In this document: positions 1 through 12,500 of the stretch, piece after piece
Numbering within the stretch: position 1 is the first letter of the stretch
How the letters are laid out: each line of letters starts with the position of its first letter
Origin: Phoronis australis
Lineage: Eukaryota > Animalia > Phoronida
Reading direction: 5' to 3'
DNA length: 64,000 bases
Assembly (NCBI GenBank): GCA_002633005.1
Contig: NMRA01000219.1
Span: 119,236-183,235, forward strand
Translations under genes and position numbers: made by a program
Notes under the pieces: model-generated
The model's database searches: none
What the model was told of the DNA's origin: nothing
Seen by the model: the letters and a program-made list of their open reading frames with translations, nothing else

Positions 1-692
1 TCCCCACAGATCGTTCTTCGGCCCTAAAATCCGTAATGTTCCTTTGATGAGGAAATTTGCAGTGTTGCGTAATATNACTTGACTACTGCGCCATCTATAC
101 ATCGACGGTAAAGCTTAAATACCCGTGACTGCGTGTGGGAAATTGCGATTGCGTGAGCTGAAGTCGATATTTTCAAAGTACAATTACACCACTGTTTAAG
201 GTTGCAAATTGAGTTTTTTTGATATCCTTCTATAGAAAAAGCTTTAATCTCTCTGATGAAATCATCTATTTCCTTTTAAACGTAACTTAAGTCCTAAAAT
301 TTGTCCGGGGAAGGAGGCCAAAAACGGCGGTTTAGCTAGTTGTCCCTTCCTGGTTATCTCTTCCTGGTAATATTCATTTGCGTATTGATTTCATGATCTT
401 TCAGAAAGCATTTGTAACATGTTTGAGACAAACAACAGGCAAATAAAAGTCAGATCAACGTACAGCATACACACCAACAAACATGACGTTTGCCCTTAGC
501 TAGTTTTAGTTCCATAAGTTGCAGTTGCCTGTGTTCTAGCAATGGTGAGCACTAATTGGTTGACAAGACTTATTAACGTAATCCTGTCGCTTATCAAGAC
601 TGAGGTTTAAAGAATGCCACCCTATTTAATTAGTCTTTTTTACCGTCCTAATCGGTCTATATTCACATCGCCTCTTATACGATCGACCTCAC

Positions 693-1130
693 CTTGCCGA
701 GAGGTGTCGCGTTAACCTGTGAGGAAGGTGAGAAACGACGCAGCGACGTCAATGGTTCGTCTGCAGAGTGAATGCCGCTATATAGTTCCCGCTTGCCCGA
801 ACTATGAAGCTGCGAAGAAAGCGAGAGCCCGAAATACATGGGAAGTGGCTCGCGGTTGTAAAGAAGATAAAAGGTACGCTGCAAGTATGAGGCCGTGAAA
901 CATCTCCGTGTCTGTGGCCGGCATTTCATGGACATTGATTTCTGACAAATTCCGGCTTACCAAAGAACTATCCATACGTTCCGTTGCCTGTGCATGTTCA
1001 CGGCGCCTCTCTAGTATTTCTTGGTCAATGTATTCCGGTTCGAACTGATAGCCTGTGAAACCTAAAGATCCGACCCGTGAAGTCTTCGTCGGATGAGCTC
1101 TTGACTAAGTCGGGATTAGCGCCGGGCGAG
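693..1130 (-). pseudogene. Degenerate P2X7 C-terminal-like (Cys-rich) ORF remnant, possibly from a Kolobok-type transposon
   Basis: The minus strand reads SSSDEDF, then after a frameshift GFTGYQFEPEYIDQEILERRREHAQATERMDSS, then Cys-containing frameshifted fragments. YQFEPE is the N-terminal hallmark I recall for P2X7-like ORFs carried by Kolobok elements. A Kolobok-like terminus (TTAAAGGAGAACGCCACCC on minus) lies at about 1983-2001. Recognition is by eye only. Confidence 0.35.
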
Positions 1131-2688
1131 TTGCCATGTAGACGTGCGTTCTGTTTCAAAATGAATTATTCTCGTCCTAACCAATGCTTATATAAAACTG
1201 AAGTCTCATTAGATACAATTTGTAATGTCTTTGCAGTACTCGTGAATGCAAATGTTGAGAAGCCAGCAATGAATAAACCACTGCGTTACCGGCTTTAGAT
1301 GACGGCAACAAAGGTAATTGACCGGGCACCGAGGCAGTGTGAGGGCATGCTAATTCAGTGCAGACAGAAAGCTGTTGTGAAACAATTACTCGATTTTATA
1401 TGCTATGGTCACATGTTAGGGGAATCTTTATTCAGAATACAAATACAATATTAAAGTCATTGTTACTGTACAATCTTTGCCATGACGGTCTGTGGAAGTG
1501 GAACCCGACTTCGCGGCCCCCAATAATTTTTCAGTTTTGTGGCAAATTCACATAAATAATTACGTGCACATTATTTCTTTGGCTCACTATTATAGTCTTT
1601 TCGTGACTGGAGGTTTAGTTTCCAACTCAAGCTGGTTTATATTCGTGCCAGTCCCGGCGGCCGCGACGGGCCTGATCAGGTTTTAGCCACTGGCCGGGAT
1701 AACAAGCGTTTTGTGTGTTTAGAACTCAAAAATCCCAAGTACAAACAACACAGATCTTGGTTCTCCTGTCTGTATTTCACGGAAAAACTTATGCTTCGAA
1801 TTTATCTCCGAACAGACCCCAAACTCCTGCTATGGACCTTCGTAAATTGGCCTGCCGAACTTTGTAGGCTACGGTCTGTCCAAATACCAATAAATCCGTA
1901 ACAGCGAAATAAAACAACACGTATTTATAAGAACTCGGTGTATTTTTAAGGGTTTTACATTGATACAAAATAGGTTGTTTTTGGGTGGCGTTCTCCTTTA
2001 AGAATATCACCGGAAGGGATTTTGCGTCCATACAAAGTCACCTGAAGACTTTCGTGGGAAAAAAGTAAATTTCTATCGGAAACTTATATTGTCTACCGCA
2101 GTGACGTTGGTCGAGCAGTGGAAATCTAAAACGATCCGGAAACAGGTCTAGAGGTTTTTTCGGTCATCAGAGGGACAATCACCAGTTGGCGAGACCGCTT
2201 CGACCACAAGCACCCGTGATCTCTTTTGTTAACTACTCGTTCTCAGCGCCCATTTATCAGGGTGCCCTGCAGTTTTAATATAATTCACTTGTTTTACATT
2301 CTCAATAGAGTATGCAATGCGAATTTCAGGGCATGTAATCGCGGCGGCAATTGGGCGATCTATCTCTAGGACGGCGAAGTTCACAAAGTGTTTTCCATGT
2401 ACTGTGTGTTCATACTTGCCAACCATGATTTAAAAATGAAAAAGCGAAACATTTAGATCTTAGCCCTATCGCAAAAGACAAATTCCGCCGACAATTATTT
2501 TTTAGTCTTGACTGTGAAATGGAACCGCGAAATAAAAATTGCGTGGAAAAGCACAGCTTGGCAAGTGCGTGTTGTACTAGTATGTACACACGTCGAGGCA
2601 AATCGCATGCTCACCCGGTAAAGCTGGCATAGCTTAGGCCTGCTTTTGGGAGGAATGAGAAAACACGGTTGGATGGGCCTATACTCAC

Positions 2689-2893
2689 CTAAATTATAGC
2701 GTGTTTCTGTACATCTTGGAAGTGATGCCGAGATTCCTGAGTTCACTTTCGTATCAACCATGTCGTCCTCTCTTTTACTGTAGAATTCACGAAAAATGGT
2801 TCCTATGCTAAAAATACAAACGTTCGTGCCAAGCAGGAATAAGAAAATCATCACCAGGAAGCGTTTATTAAAAATCTGCCGTTTAAATCTCAT
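2689..2893 (-). CDS. Early (probably first) coding exon of a putative type II membrane protein (Golgi glycosyl/sulfotransferase-like topology); remainder not resolved, probably left of the window
   Basis: MRFKRQIFNKR (basic) + FLVMIFLFLLGTNVCIFSIGTIF (hydrophobic) + stem, ending at a strong donor TTAG|gtgagt at 2689/2688. An acceptor ttggcag| lies at 2924. Confidence 0.5.
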
Positions 2894-4341
2894 CCTCAGG
2901 TAAACTACCGAATACCCTTTCACCTGCCAAGCGGCCAGGATACGTAAGAAAGGAACACGAGCCCTCCACAGTCAACCCTGATGATACGAAAAACAATTCA
3001 ATCTGGTGGTCGCCAGTTGATAAAACCGTCTCAATTATGCTGAAGAGGTATCGTAAACATAATCCAAGTGAGCAGATGAAGTTCACCTCTTGATTAAAAT
3101 TAAAATCCCGTATCTCATCCGCTCGAGAACACATTCAACCTTCAGCTTAGGCCGCGTGATTCTCAATTCAAAAGTACTAATGTACGATTCATATCTTAAT
3201 GCTTTTTGCGAAATAAGCCGGGGGTTCTCTTCCTAGGGTTCTCTCATTCGTGTTACGTGCCGCTTAGTCAGATGGTAATCGTGTATCCTCTAAGACAGGT
3301 AGTTGTAATACGCCCGGGCCAACGTTCCGTGGATCAGTTTTTGACTGAGACTAAAAAAGCGAGATGATCGCGCAAGACTACACAAAATCACACGAGTGCC
3401 AAGACGAGTGTTTCAAGAGAGTGCTCGAGAGTTTCTAGCCTAGCCCAATAAAATGTTGACCTTTGTAGTGATTGGTCGGTGTGGTTGGAACGTTAAATTG
3501 TGGAATTGAACTGATAAATTATGGGATACCATCCACTGTTTTCGTTTCATAAGCAATGATTTTTCGTCACAAGGGGGCGTGCAAACAAAGGTCTTGGGTT
3601 CTACGGAACACAGCCCTGCGGGTACCATGACTATCGCCTCTTGTGGGCCATGCACCATGAAAACTGCGGCGATTGGAAAGAATCCTGGAATTGTTTCGAG
3701 TAGGCTGTTTTTCTCCGCATCCCTTACTATTGTCTAGGTTACGCATTTTCCACTTTCCGTTGCAATGATCTGGATGTTAAATTAACAGTGGCAACCCGGC
3801 ACTAGCATTAGCGCTGGCTATCTAATTCAAGTCGGCGCTCGGCCGTGGACCCGAGACAGTCGCGCATCACTTGCACCCGTCAGCTCTATTTTCTGTTGCA
3901 GTGGGAACGTCATTGGTTAGAACAAGTCACCATGCAGGCTGAAAACGGAACGGGAGGGAGAGAGAAGGACCATTCTTAAAGATCACATGTCAAGTTTCAT
4001 GTAAAATAAAGACAACTGAATAATTTGTGGTTACATGATATTACGAGACGGGCTGACTTTAATTTGACAATTTGTGACTTTTTTCTAACGAATGACTACG
4101 TAGTCATTTGGAGCGAACTAAAATTTAATTTCAACTTTAACTGTAACCTTCCTGTGCTGTATGCGGGGGTTCTGCTGATTGCACTGTACGATTTGAGGTT
4201 ATTTGCAACGTCAAAAAAATCGCGACTAAGTGATTGGAGGTCTTTCGTCAAGCAAAACAATCATCACTAAATGGTTGTAGATAATGTAGGCTTTGGTCAG
4301 TTAAGCACCAAAAGGGTTAACGTGAAATCAACTGTATCAGA

Positions 4342-4750
4342 CGCTTGACCCAAAATATGTAGACTTTTCAGAGCCCCATCTCAGACATTTTCCATATTTA
4401 GAAAGTAAGGTGTCATTTGACTTCATCATGCTGTCAATCACATCCTGACACATTTGTGGGGTAAACAAGGCACGCTTTTGGGTTCTTGGTAGCGAAAAAG
4501 GTACCCCCTATATCTTTGTTGTAAGGTATAGAATGAACATTTGTCGCTTGACCCAAAATATGTAGACTTTTCAGAGCCCCATCTCAGACATTTTCCATAT
4601 TTAGAAAGTAAGGTGTCATTTGACTTCATCATGCTGTCAATCACATCCTGACACATTTGTGGGGTAAACAAGACACGCTTTTGGGTTCTTGGTAGCGAAA
4701 AAGGTACCCCCTATATCTTTGTTGTAAGGTATAGAATGAACATTTGTCGC
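4342..4750. repeat. 203-bp head-to-tail tandem duplication
   Basis: 4342-4544 is repeated at 4545-4747 with one visible mismatch (aaggcacgc/aagacacgc) and CGC microhomology at the junctions. Confidence 0.95.
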
Positions 4751-5260
4751 CAGCAAAATACATTAAGATATCCAGGGCTGTCGGTGGAATAGGTCATTTA
4801 CGTAAAAAGGTACAGAAGAAGATCACCTATTGAACCTTGAAGGATACCTGTTGAGATATTGAGGAGTGAGGAATGCCGTTATAGTCAAATTGATGTAGTA
4901 ATGATCAACTTTGTCGAAGGCTTTTCGTAAGTCAGAAAACCCGATGAGGGGCTTCTAGCCAAGATATATTTGTAAAAAAATAGTTGGCAATTTTATCTAT
5001 GATTAAGTGACGCAAGGAGTAGCGTGTTTATCTCGAGAATCGAACTGATGTTTCTGCACAAGACCTTTGAGAGGGAGATGTAAAGTTGTTAGTGCACATT
5101 TTTCAAAAAGTGCTTCAGAAGAAAGCTAGGCAGTGCAGAAATCGGTCTGTAGCTTGACAAGTCTTCGAAGCCATTACGGTTATTTTTAAGTAACGGAACA
5201 ACTTCGTACACAAACAATTGATTTTAGGCATATTCAACCCGGTCTTGCCCTATTAAAAGA
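4345..5260 (-). mobile_element. Degenerate LINE (CR1/L2-type) reverse transcriptase fragment
   Basis: Frameshifted minus-strand RT motifs in the expected order: SYRPISALPS (about 5150), DLRKAFDKVDH (about 4920), GILQGS, YVNDL and FAGD (the FADD position, about 4750). Confidence 0.75.
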
Positions 5261-8200
5261 TACTAAAAACGACTTTCACGTACAGTTCTCTGAAACAAAA
5301 TAATTCTATGTAACCCTCGACAACCCAAAGCAGTTTGGAAGAAAATTTGAAAACTCCTTTCGAAGTCTGCTAAACGGGCAAGCGTGACCTACGCTCGAAG
5401 CGAATTACACGGCAACTGTGGACGAAAACACCCACCAAGGACCATAATGACATAGGGAGTATGACACTTTAGTTGATTCCTGCCGTTAACTTGGATGGTT
5501 GACGCCAAGGATGCATTAGCAGGCGACAGCACGAGAATTGGTTGAAAACAGGGTTTAGTAGGCCTATACTTTCAAGTGTTATGTCGGCATTCATTCTTCT
5601 GCTAATAGTAAAAATTCGGGTACAATGTCCTTTAATTATTCTTTCCCGTTTATTAGGATTTTAAAGTGAGTGCGAAATACCTCCCCGGCGCCTTGACTTG
5701 CGTACTTTCAGCCCCCGGTGCCTTCACCGTTGAGACGCCGTTATATTACGTAACACCCAAGTTTTTCCAGCTGCGGCGTGTAGTTGTATTGTTTCAGTTA
5801 CCACAGCGCCACGCATGAATTTCGCCTCGTTACCGAAGACACAACATGAAACTAGATGTAGTGAAATTTCATTTTCAAGCCTGTGTCGAAAATCGCAAAA
5901 ATAAAGAAGTTCTCTGAGCATCATGGGTAAAATGTTTTGCTTCATCTCAGACAAAACCGTTTCAATACGACTTTAAGACACACTCCTTCATGTTATACTT
6001 TACATTATTTTGGAAACACATGGCGACGCCCACCATCAAGTATACTGATGCCCACTCTCAATAGCCACGTTACGTACTCGTATTATATCATATAATTGTA
6101 TTATAAATGAACACGTTCATAGCATAATTTTATCCACAATTAGATCAATGAAATGAGGAATGCAAATGAGACATTACTTCACGAAGAATTAAATTTGAAA
6201 ACTGCAACGAGACTCCTGTTCAACGGTAAATAAAATATCGAGGTATTGATCAATATGGACTGAGGGCTTAATATAAATACTGCTTGCAGGTGTTTATTGA
6301 GCAAAGTAAGTATTGCACCAAGCCCGAGCTTTTCTGCACTAAGGTATATCGCGGTCAAAACAATAACCGGCAGGCATGCTACATCCGGGAATCTGCACCT
6401 GTTTCACATGCGTGGCACTTTTCCACCAATTAGCGCAGAGAAGCGAGGAGTGACTGAACATAACATCATAATTCGGCATTAGCAATTTACGCCGGGATCG
6501 GCTATTTTCGTATGATTATGTGGTGACACGATATTTATGTAACTTAACACTTATTCTAAAAGTACACAATTCAAATAATTACGGCATTCACTGTTGCTAG
6601 GTTGCTAGTTAAAAAAAAAACGACACACCAATCGCAACCTTGTTCTTTGTTCTCCACCATCAAACTAGCTTATCCATGAATCTTTCAAAAACCCGACGGT
6701 TTATAACAAAATTCGATTGCAATTGTTCATTTGTAAAATGACCAAGTATCACGTGAAGTAGACAAGACTGCAACCCTATTGCTATAAGGCGGTGTAAGAA
6801 CATTTTGATGTTCGACAAGTACACGTTGTCAACCATCGGTTTTACTGATAACACATTTGTATATACGGCATTAGGCTTAAAACATTTTTAAATGTGATTA
6901 CTATTAAAATAGTAATCACTGCTTCACGGTAAACTTCATGCAAACTTTAAATTTGATGAAAAAAAGCACCAAACACTCTCTTCCCCAAGAGTACACTAAA
7001 AAATGAACGCTAGACATTTTCCATTTGAAAAAACTTCAAAATTGGAAAAGCACACGAACACTATTCCACGCGAAGATCTAACCTAATCAAGGAATCGGAG
7101 ATTCCCTGCCAAGGTCCTACATAGGCGGCGACACACAGAACATTTCCAGACCTGGATGCGTGAAAATCAGATTCCGAAAAATACTTTCGAATCACAAAAT
7201 GCCAGCGATATGCACTCCGGCACTTCGTACACATAGTTTTTGGAAGTTTCAGTCAAATCCTCTTTGAAAAGTAGTAGTTGTACATTTTCAACATGGCGGG
7301 GGCACTATCATTTTGCTTTGTCGCCACGGATTTTCTCCAATAATCATTTCGCGACAAATTACTTTTGGTACTTTGGTACGGAATGTCTCGCTATGAAAAA
7401 AATAGTTCTCCCTCTTCCAACACACTTTCAGTTGGGAGTACATGACATGAGAATTTCGAAAATGCAAGACAGAAAAACGTACTCGTAGGGTGCATGGGGG
7501 CCTTTATGACTACACAGAGACCACAAACAAGTTAAGAGAAAGGTTTTACGCGAACCTCCACGTGCTTTGTTCCTGGGGCTATTAGGCACAAACTGTCGCA
7601 TACCTCATGAATTGCGACAGCTTTTTGGACGCTCGCTGTGGCTAAACATCAAAGCTTAGCATTTAATTTGCCAAATGTATAATCTTCAAGCTTGCCTCTT
7701 AAAAAACATGAAATTTCATATTCGAAGCTACCTGTGTCAATGACAAAAGTATTTCCAAACAAACATTAGCTAACACTTAACAATAGACGCGAAGATGAAA
7801 GCGAGAATATTATCACTATTGGCCTCATGCACCCTAAGTCATGGCCAACAGCAAGTCAATGAATTAAAATATAAAAATCTTATCTATATATACATTTTCC
7901 CAGATTTCCAATCTTGACAACAACTGTTGTTTGAATCAATGACACAGATTTGGAGGGAAATTACACATACCCCAGGGTAGATGTCCTTTACAGCACCAAT
8001 GTTTTACTTTTCCTGTATTCAGAGAAATCCCGGAACTGCACCTCAAATAAACAAAATGTATTGCAAAGTCATATCATTTATTTTTGCCCAAACAACCGGT
8101 AAAAGACCATGGACAGTTCTTCACAAAGGATGAGGAGCATAAAATTTTGCCAAAAGTACCAATGCCTCAGTTATGATATTCACACATTTGAAGTAAAATT

Positions 8201-8843
8201 TTCCTAAGGGAACACAGTCTAGTCAAACTTCCCCTAACTGCAAACAAACCTGTGGTCTCTTGTGACAAATATAGGGTAATAAATACATAATTAACACAAA
8301 ACAGCAATGACTCTGAACGGTGAAATTTTAAACGAACCAAAACAACAAAGATTCAATGACGTTTTACTCGACTATTGAATTTGAGTGACACTACAACACT
8401 CAATCACACAGAAACCAGTGGGCATTCGCGGTACACTTTTAGATCAATCCAGGATCGTATAGAGAGAATGTGGTCAGCTGGACAATCTCATCAACACAAG
8501 ACTTTTCTTGTTGTGTAGGTAGTAGAAAACTGCACTGGAAATACTTTCCAAAAAGCACGGTCATAAAATAAGAACCAACCTTCTGTTCTAGTAAAACGGT
8601 GCCACTGCCTTCAGCGTGTTAATATGACTATGCCAATCTTAGATTTTACACAATGGTGGTTACATTGTGTTGACAACATTATTCAATCACGGCATCGACA
8701 TATGCATGATATAACAGTTTGTTATCAACAGGATGACCATGGGACAACTGACAGACAACTCAAAATGCGTGACTGCTACCTACAGTAGACACGCACACAC
8801 ATCTTCTTGATGACAGACAGCAGGCTAACCTATGCATAACAGT

Positions 8844-9056
8844 CAGGGCTTGGAATGACCAATGACAAACAAGAGGAAAATTTTCCAGGTGATGTATAGT
8901 TCCACAAATAGGTTTGTGTGACAGAAATATTTTGTGTCATAAAATTTAAATGAAATAAACGTTTTTACGTCAATAAAGTCAAGATAATGATAAAAAAGAG
9001 GAAATTGAAACCAAAAAAGAGGAAATCCTCTTAAACGAGGAAAATTCCAAGCTCTG
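8844..9056 (+). mobile_element. Non-autonomous hAT-like MITE (CAGGGCTTGGAAT TIR, 6-bp TSD)
   Basis: CAGGGCTTGGAAT ... ATTCCAAGCTCTG; flanks aacagt / aaaagt (5 of 6 match). Same family as 55098-55348 and 63886-64000. Confidence 0.8.
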
Positions 9057-9588
9057 AAAAGTTCCGTTACACAAGCAGTACATGCAAAGCAAAAGACAAA
9101 TCTCCGAGCTGAGAGTCACTCAGAGATGAAAGCAAGTCTCATAGGGGTCATGCTAAAGATTTTTTTACAAATTACCCCGTTTTGAAGCCTTTCGTTGGTA
9201 GAGGGATACCCTTGGATTTCGTCATTGTCTCAAAACCATTCCAACTCGAACAAATACTCCAGGAATGACAATTTCATTCCAACAGGTTCGATTAACTATC
9301 TAACCAATTCAAAGTGTACAGCCAAAGTACTCAATGTGCTGGCATTCACAGAGGGACATGGAAAGGTCACCCTTCTGCCAGCGACATGGAAGGGAGGTAG
9401 CATCGATGACGGATTTGTCTAGTAAAGCTAAACATATCCTGCATAAGATTTAAATTAAATGGACACTGGCAAATATCTCCAATACTCCGGTGAAAATCAC
9501 TCTAGCCAACAATAGCCATTTGCTTGGTGCAGTATCTTCGTCTCCAAACAAATCTCACTCTGTACTAAATATTAACGTCTAATTTGTT

Positions 9589-12500
9589 TTATTTTTCTTC
9601 GGCTGCAGGTACTTGTTTCACTTCCGTGTCGGCCTGGTTTGAACCGTATGCTGGAAACTGTTCCCAAGGGGTGCTGTACTCAAATTTTCGGAACTCCTGA
9701 GCAAATTCAATAGGCTCAACGACAACACGCTTTGCCTCGTCGTCATAGCGAAGCTGGAAAATAAAGTCAAGCAATTATAGGCTATCGAGGAAGACGCCAC
9801 AAGTCAATGCGTAGCAGCAGTTTTTACTGTGAGAACAAATGCATGTAAAATGAAATTATGCAAATAGACAACAACTGAACTATGTAGAAATATATATTTT
9901 CAGTAAGGGGTGGAAATTTGTTGCGTTCAATTTGTCCCATCAGCACATCATCCTTTTGGTCGCATCACGTGACCTATATTCATTAGGTCACGTGATGCGA
10001 CCTAATGAATACAAGTTCAAAAAGTTTTCTGCCCCCGACCAAGTGGCTACAGCGTCTGCACAGTTAGCAGAAGGTCCTGGGTTTGAGTCCCGGTCGGGGA
10101 CAGAAATCTTTTCGGACTTATATTCATTAGGTCACGTGATGTGACCAAAAAGATGTCGTGCTAACAAGGAAAAATTGTTTGCAAGTGAACTATGGCGGCA
10201 GAGCAATACTGCTTCTTTGATTTGGCACAAGTGATACAATTGCGAAAATTTTCAATAAAAAATGGATACATCGACTAAAAATACTTATATAAATCGGTAC
10301 AGGAGCAATACGAGAGCATAGTTAGCCTTCTGAATAGCCTACCTCAGTGTAGCCAGTGAGAGGGAAGTCCTTTCTGAATGGATGACCTTCGAAACCGTAG
10401 TCTGTCAGTATTCGCCTCAAGTCGGGATGATTGGCAAAGAAAACACCGTACATATCCCAAACCTTCAACAGAAAAATTAATTAAGAATTTTAAAAACAAA
10501 GGCTAGATAACCATAAAATAATTGATCACATTACTCACCTCAATATACAAAAACATATCAAGCAACCATAATAGGGTCAGCACTTTTCAACCCTTTATTT
10601 CAAGATTCACAGGATAATCCCTACGTTTTGGGCTACATGGTATTATAAGTGAACGATACCATAAACAGTCTTTATAACTTGGGACATCAAAATTCCAAGA
10701 TAAAATTGAATTTTCCCGACTCTGAAGACTCGGACATAGATGATGCTTGTGATCATCACATCTCTCACCATCTGACTACCACTGAAGTCGAGTCCTAAGC
10801 AGGTGAGTGAGAAAATTTACTTTTACTGAAAATCATATCCTGACCCCTGAGCATAAAACAAGTGTTTTGCAAACGAAATGTCGACGAACCTCTCGCTCCA
10901 TCCAGTTAGCACCAGAGAATACAGAACACACTGATTCTACCGGGGTCATCTCATCCGTGTACGTCTTGACCTTGATACGAGCATTGAACCGTAATGACTG
11001 GAGCATGTAAACCAGCTGCAAATTACAGTTCAAGTGAAAGATTAAGCCTTACTCAATAATTGCAACAAATTTTCTATAGCAGGGTTTCATAAAAATTTTG
11101 AGCACAGTATCGTGGGATAGGAAATTTACTTTATGTAAGTTTTCGACAAAGACAAATGGGAAGAAAATTTTATTTCACTGTTTGGAGTTTATATTGAACA
11201 GCTGCCATCAACAAACACACAGTAGTATTACGTCCACGGTGGAGCTAATTTTGGCCCTCAGACCACCTCAAAGTTTTCATTCTAACAGATTATTGAGCTT
11301 TCAAAAGCATGCACAGCAGCACTTTAATTAAAATCTATTAAAAACTATATACAGAACCTACCACGGACTTTTGTCGCAATGGATGGTAACGAGTAAGCAA
11401 CTGGTCAGAAAAAAAGCCAAGAGGTCTGACCGGCAGCCGACTGCACAGCCAACTTCAATACAAAATCTTACTGGCGACTTTTGGCAGCCAACTACCCATT
11501 CGTAGACCAAGTTTTATCCCAGTTGGCAGTTATTGTTTGTCTAACGCCCTGTCCACATGACTCCATTTTCATTTTGCATTCTTAAAAAGTTCTATGTCCA
11601 CACTACAAAAATTTGCTTCTGTCCACACAAATATGCTCTTAAACGGATGATCGTGACTACAGTATTTTCCGGAAAGCTGCATTTTCGTATGTTAAAAAAA
11701 TAGGGTGAATACGGTGCTTTCAAAAAGTTTTTGCCTGTTCACATGGAGAACACATGCACTGTTCATGACCATTTACTACATTCAGTTTTTACAATACCTC
11801 TAAGTGTGAAGAGGGACTGGTTACATAAATCCAGGATCAATGTAGTTCTGGAGTACTACAACCAATATCAGTCTAGTTCTTTGCATTGCCAAAGTTTCTC
11901 GAAACTACTGACTGAGGACATGCATGGAAACTGAATGGGTCGTCAGAGCTTGGCAACAGGACTTCCACAATAGGGAATGAGCCAAGAACTCCAAGCAGAC
12001 CATTTCTTGTCTGGTCGGAATCGATCAACTGATGGTTGATTGCTGACTGGTCAGACAAAAACTAGTGACTGTACTGTTCTGCAATAATTCAAAATTCCTT
12101 ACACTGGTGACAAAAGTAAAACCTGGCAAAGTGAAAAGGCACCAAATGTTATAATGCAACATTTAAAACTAGAAACTAATTTATAATCAAAAATGTAACA
12201 GATTTCTGTTTAACCCACCTCAAACCTGTGTTGTCTCGTGGGTATGTCCATGCCAGCGATGTCTATGATGTTGAGAAACTGGGCATTGTGGTGGTCCTTC
12301 AGGAATGTCATGACAGGTACAATTCCGTCAGGGTGGATGAGTACGTCCAACTCATCACCATTAGTCACCTCGACCTTCTGGACGTACCTTGGTAGACAAT
12401 CAGCGATGTATGACCCAAACTCAAGGAGGCGCTCTTGCATGGGCACATTGACTGGCCTCACTGTGGCTGAAGGAGAGAGAGCAAAGATCTTGGTATAGCA

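Noticed and set aside
5970-7505. Possible large Kolobok-like element ending GGGTGCATGGGGGCCTTTA
   Set aside because: Only one terminus-like sequence was seen; no matching other end or coding remnant could be supported.
10041-10100. Functional tRNA gene
   Set aside because: The 5' acceptor strand and A-box start are missing, and the anticodon loop and T-loop are non-canonical; treated as SINE-derived.
12238-12498. Antisense ORFs over coding exons (also 21599-22480 and 62821-63775)
   Set aside because: Shadow ORFs opposite or overlapping real coding sequence, with no independent evidence.
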